The notes below the pieces were generated by a model, which was given only the letters and a program-made list of their open reading frames with translations, did not search any database and was not told where the DNA came from. 64,000 bases of DNA from the human T2T-CHM13v2.0 reference genome, Homo sapiens. Each line of letters begins with the position of its first letter. The stretch's first letter is position 1. This document shows, one piece after another, positions 61,028-64,000 of the stretch. The DNA is taken from the NCBI RefSeq assembly GCF_009914755.1, contig NC_060930.1. One strand, 5' to 3'. The position numbers were made by a program, and so were the translations under genes.

Positions 61028-61123
61028 TGTCGCGAGAGCCCGGGGCGAGTGGGCCTCTGCTCGTGGGTGGTTCTCGTGGAGGTCAGCTCCCGCGTGTCTC
61101 CGCTCGACAGGGTGCTTGGGCAG
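61010..61123 (+). other. FAM50B: FAM50B non-coding exon 1 (start approximate)
   Basis: Ends at strong donor CAG|GTAAGG (61123/61124); lies just downstream of the GC-box/ETS promoter repeat; TSS position is inferred. Confidence 0.75.
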
Positions 61124-61425
61124 GTAAGGGTCCGCTCAGTAGCCCAACCCTCTCTGTATGCAGCTCCCCAAATTCAGCGCTGCGCTCAGGCATGGCAGCC
61201 ACCCGTTACGTGGGGCCGTTCGCATTTGCATTTATTGAGGTCAAATAAAATGCTGGAAATTGGTGCCTGGTGACACTGTCAGGTTGGTGGTTACCCTAGC
61301 AGGTCGGCCCAGCCCCTGAACGCTTCCATCACTGCCGAAAGCCCTGTGAGGAGGCGCAGAGCTGAGCATTCCCCGCCGTTGCGTGGGCCCCCCTCTACCT
61401 GCCGCGTTTTTCCTCTTTGCTGCAG
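61124..61425 (+). other. FAM50B: FAM50B 5'-UTR intron (302 bp)
   Basis: GTAAGG donor; pyrimidine tract TTTTTCCTCTTTGCTGCAG acceptor 23 nt upstream of the ATG. Confidence 0.85.
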
Positions 61426-61448
61426 AGCCCATCGGGTAGGCGCGGGCC

Positions 61449-62426
61449 ATGGCGCAGTACAAGGGCACCATGCGCGAGGCAGGCCGTGCCATGCACCTCC
61501 TCAAGAAGCGCGAAAGGCAGCGGGAGCAGATGGAGGTGCTGAAGCAGCGCATCGCCGAGGAGACCATCCTCAAGTCGCAGGTGGACAAGAGGTTCTCGGC
61601 GCATTACGACGCCGTGGAGGCCGAGCTGAAGTCCAGCACGGTGGGCCTGGTGACCCTGAACGACATGAAGGCCCGGCAGGAGGCCCTGGTCAGGGAGCGC
61701 GAGCGGCAGCTGGCCAAGCGCCAGCACCTGGAGGAGCAGCGGCTGCAGCAGGAGCGGCAGCGGGAGCAGGAGCAGCGGCGCGAGCGCAAGCGTAAGATCT
61801 CCTGCCTGTCCTTTGCACTAGACGACCTCGATGACCAGGCCGACGCGGCCGAGGCCAGGCGCGCCGGAAACCTGGGCAAGAACCCCGACGTGGACACCAG
61901 CTTCCTGCCAGACCGCGACCGCGAGGAGGAGGAGAACCGGCTCCGAGAGGAGCTGCGCCAAGAGTGGGAGGCGCAGCGCGAGAAAGTGAAGGACGAGGAG
62001 ATGGAGGTCACCTTCAGCTACTGGGACGGCTCGGGCCACCGGCGCACGGTGCGGGTGCGCAAGGGCAACACGGTGCAGCAGTTCCTGAAGAAGGCGCTGC
62101 AGGGGCTGCGCAAGGACTTCCTGGAGCTGCGCTCCGCCGGCGTGGAGCAGCTCATGTTCATCAAGGAGGACCTCATCCTGCCGCACTACCACACCTTCTA
62201 CGACTTCATCATCGCCAGGGCGAGGGGCAAGAGCGGGCCGCTCTTCAGCTTCGATGTGCACGATGACGTGCGCCTGCTCAGCGACGCCACCATGGAGAAG
62301 GACGAGTCGCACGCGGGCAAGGTGGTGCTGCGCAGCTGGTACGAGAAGAACAAGCACATCTTCCCCGCCAGCCGCTGGGAGGCCTATGACCCCGAGAAGA
62401 AGTGGGACAAGTACACCATCCGCTAA
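61449..62426 (+). CDS. FAM50B: Protein FAM50B (XAP5-like), intronless-CDS retrogene of X-linked FAM50A
   Basis: 325-aa [20 protein letters not shown]...[32 protein letters not shown]...[12 protein letters not shown] is the XAP5/FAM50 family sequence; good Kozak context (GCCATGG); no introns in the CDS. Confidence 0.99.
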   Translation: MAQYKGTMREAGRAMHLLKKRERQREQMEVLKQRIAEETILKSQVDKRFSAHYDAVEAELKSSTVGLVTLNDMKARQEALVRERERQLAKRQHLEEQRLQQERQREQEQRRERKRKISCLSFALDDLDDQADAAEARRAGNLGKNPDVDTSFLPDRDREEEENRLREELRQEWEAQREKVKDEEMEVTFSYWDGSGHRRTVRVRKGNTVQQFLKKALQGLRKDFLELRSAGVEQLMFIKEDLILPHYHTFYDFIIARARGKSGPLFSFDVHDDVRLLSDATMEKDESHAGKVVLRSWYEKNKHIFPASRWEAYDPEKKWDKYTIR

Positions 62427-62530
62427 CACCCGCCTGCCAGAGCGGAAACCGGGGGTGGGGGGAGACACTCATTTCTAGGCCCCATCACCAGTCACTTGAT
62501 TTCGTGACCTTGATTTCTTCCCCCAAATTT

Positions 62531-62536
62531 AATAAA
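62531..62536 (+). terminator. Proximal polyadenylation signal of FAM50B
   Basis: AATAAA ~105 nt after the stop, followed by GT/T-rich sequence (ttggttgtgc...tttggttgcttggttgg). Confidence 0.6.
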
Positions 62537-62724
62537 GACAGAGGGTTCTCATGATTCACATTGGTTGTGCTATTGCTGATGTTATGCTTTGGTTGCTTGG
62601 TTGGTCTTTTCTGAGTATTTTAGTGTTGCCACCTGGATTTGCTGCATTGCTCTGCTGAGCTGTATTGAAACCATGACTGGGCCCACTGTCAGACAGAAAT
62701 TAGAATAGGAGGCACATTTTTTAC

Positions 62725-62955
62725 CTGGTGGTTATGAGCATGGACTTGGGGGCCACAGTGACTGAGTTTGATTCCCGACACAGCCTCCTCCTTGCTGTGT
62801 AGTTTTGGGTAAGCTTATTAAACCCCCATGCCTCAGTTTGGTCACCTGTAAAAGGAAATAACAAGAGCACTTACTTTATAAGATTGATGTGAGTATTAAG
62901 TGAATTAATATTTGTAAAACGCTTAGCTCTTAATAAATGTTTCTGTTCTTATTAT
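62725..62955 (+). mobile_element. MIR SINE in the FAM50B 3' UTR
   Basis: MIR core gcctcagtttggtcacctgtaaaaggaaataa...gtgagtattaagtgaattaat. Confidence 0.75.
62932..62937 (+). terminator. Distal polyadenylation signal of FAM50B (inside a MIR)
   Basis: AATAAA followed by T/GT-rich downstream sequence. Confidence 0.7.
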
Positions 62956-63284
62956 TATGGTTTTGGTTAATTTATTTAAAGGACTGCAATGACCTAGTTC
63001 AGAACCATTTGAGGGCAAAGGTGGACCTGCCCATCACTGGTCCCAGGATCAGCAGTTGCCAGCAGGAGGGGGCTAGCAAAGGTTGGGGAGCAGCCCCCCT
63101 CTAGTGGGCTTTAGCTGGGTTGTTTAGCCCAGAAGTTAGGAGGACAGTGAGCTAATGCAAGTAGCCTGCAGGGTCAGTATCATTGATTTTCCTTTTGCTC
63201 CAATATGACTCCACAGGGCACAGTTACAGATCCTGTCTTCATTGAAAATGTTTGTATTTTATTCATTGTGGATTATTTCTGTTA

Positions 63285-63737
<453 letters not shown>

Positions 63738-64000
63738 GTTACTGAGTATTTGGGGATCTCCTCCTCCTTAACCTTAATGCCCAAGTTGGGTGCCTCACTC
63801 ACCTTACCCCAGTCCCAGCCCTGAGTATAGGAGGGACATTTCTTAGAGTTCTTGCCTCAGCCCATAAGCAAGAACCTCCACCGAAACATTAGCCTTCTAG
63901 GACAGTGGGTCCCAATGGCTGTCCCTTAGGGTCATCAGGGAAGCTTTTAAACTTCCCAATTCAAAGGTCACACCCAGAGCCAGACCTCAGGGTCGGAAGT

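Larger units (their letters stand above)
60540..62470. promoter_or_regulatory. CpG island spanning the FAM50B promoter and CDS (known maternally methylated imprinted DMR region)
   Basis: Very high GC and CpG density visible; imprinted status is prior knowledge of FAM50B, not visible in sequence. Confidence 0.9.

Noticed and set aside
60470-61273. 267-aa and 184-aa ORFs over the promoter
   Set aside because: GC-rich stop-poor sequence, Pro/Arg/Gly/Ala-rich with the promoter repeat translated; the 267-aa frame starts at GTG and runs across the splice donor.
61818-62468. 216-aa antisense ORF and other ORFs overlapping the FAM50B CDS
   Set aside because: Expected by-product of extreme GC3 codon bias (few antisense stops); no recognisable protein.

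Overview
Human (primate) genomic DNA. The only supportable protein-coding gene is FAM50B (XAP5-like, 325 aa, + strand, 61449-62426), which places the window at 6p25.2. FAM50B is an intronless-CDS retrocopy of X-linked FAM50A, known as a paternally expressed imprinted gene with a maternally methylated CpG island. The upstream ~60 kb is repeat-rich non-coding sequence: about 30 Alus, old L1/L2/MIR fragments, several MaLR/ERV LTRs including a two-LTR MLT1 relic, a near-full-length Tigger1 and many MER DNA-transposon relics. Nearly all other ORFs in the track are Alu or GC-content artefacts. I see no wholly new gene system. The most interesting signals concern how this retrogene may have been wired for expression and imprinting: (i) an ~84-bp tandem duplication in the promoter, each copy with a CpG-containing CTCF motif and an ETS motif; (ii) four ZFP57 hexamers, three inside codons that appear to differ from FAM50A; (iii) a MER53-derived triple-CCAAT element followed by a splice donor ~17 kb upstream, plus sense-strand MaLR LTRs, as candidate sources of transcription across the island; (iv) a MIR-derived poly(A) site. 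Repeat families were assigned by eye from remembered consensus sequences and boundaries are approximate.
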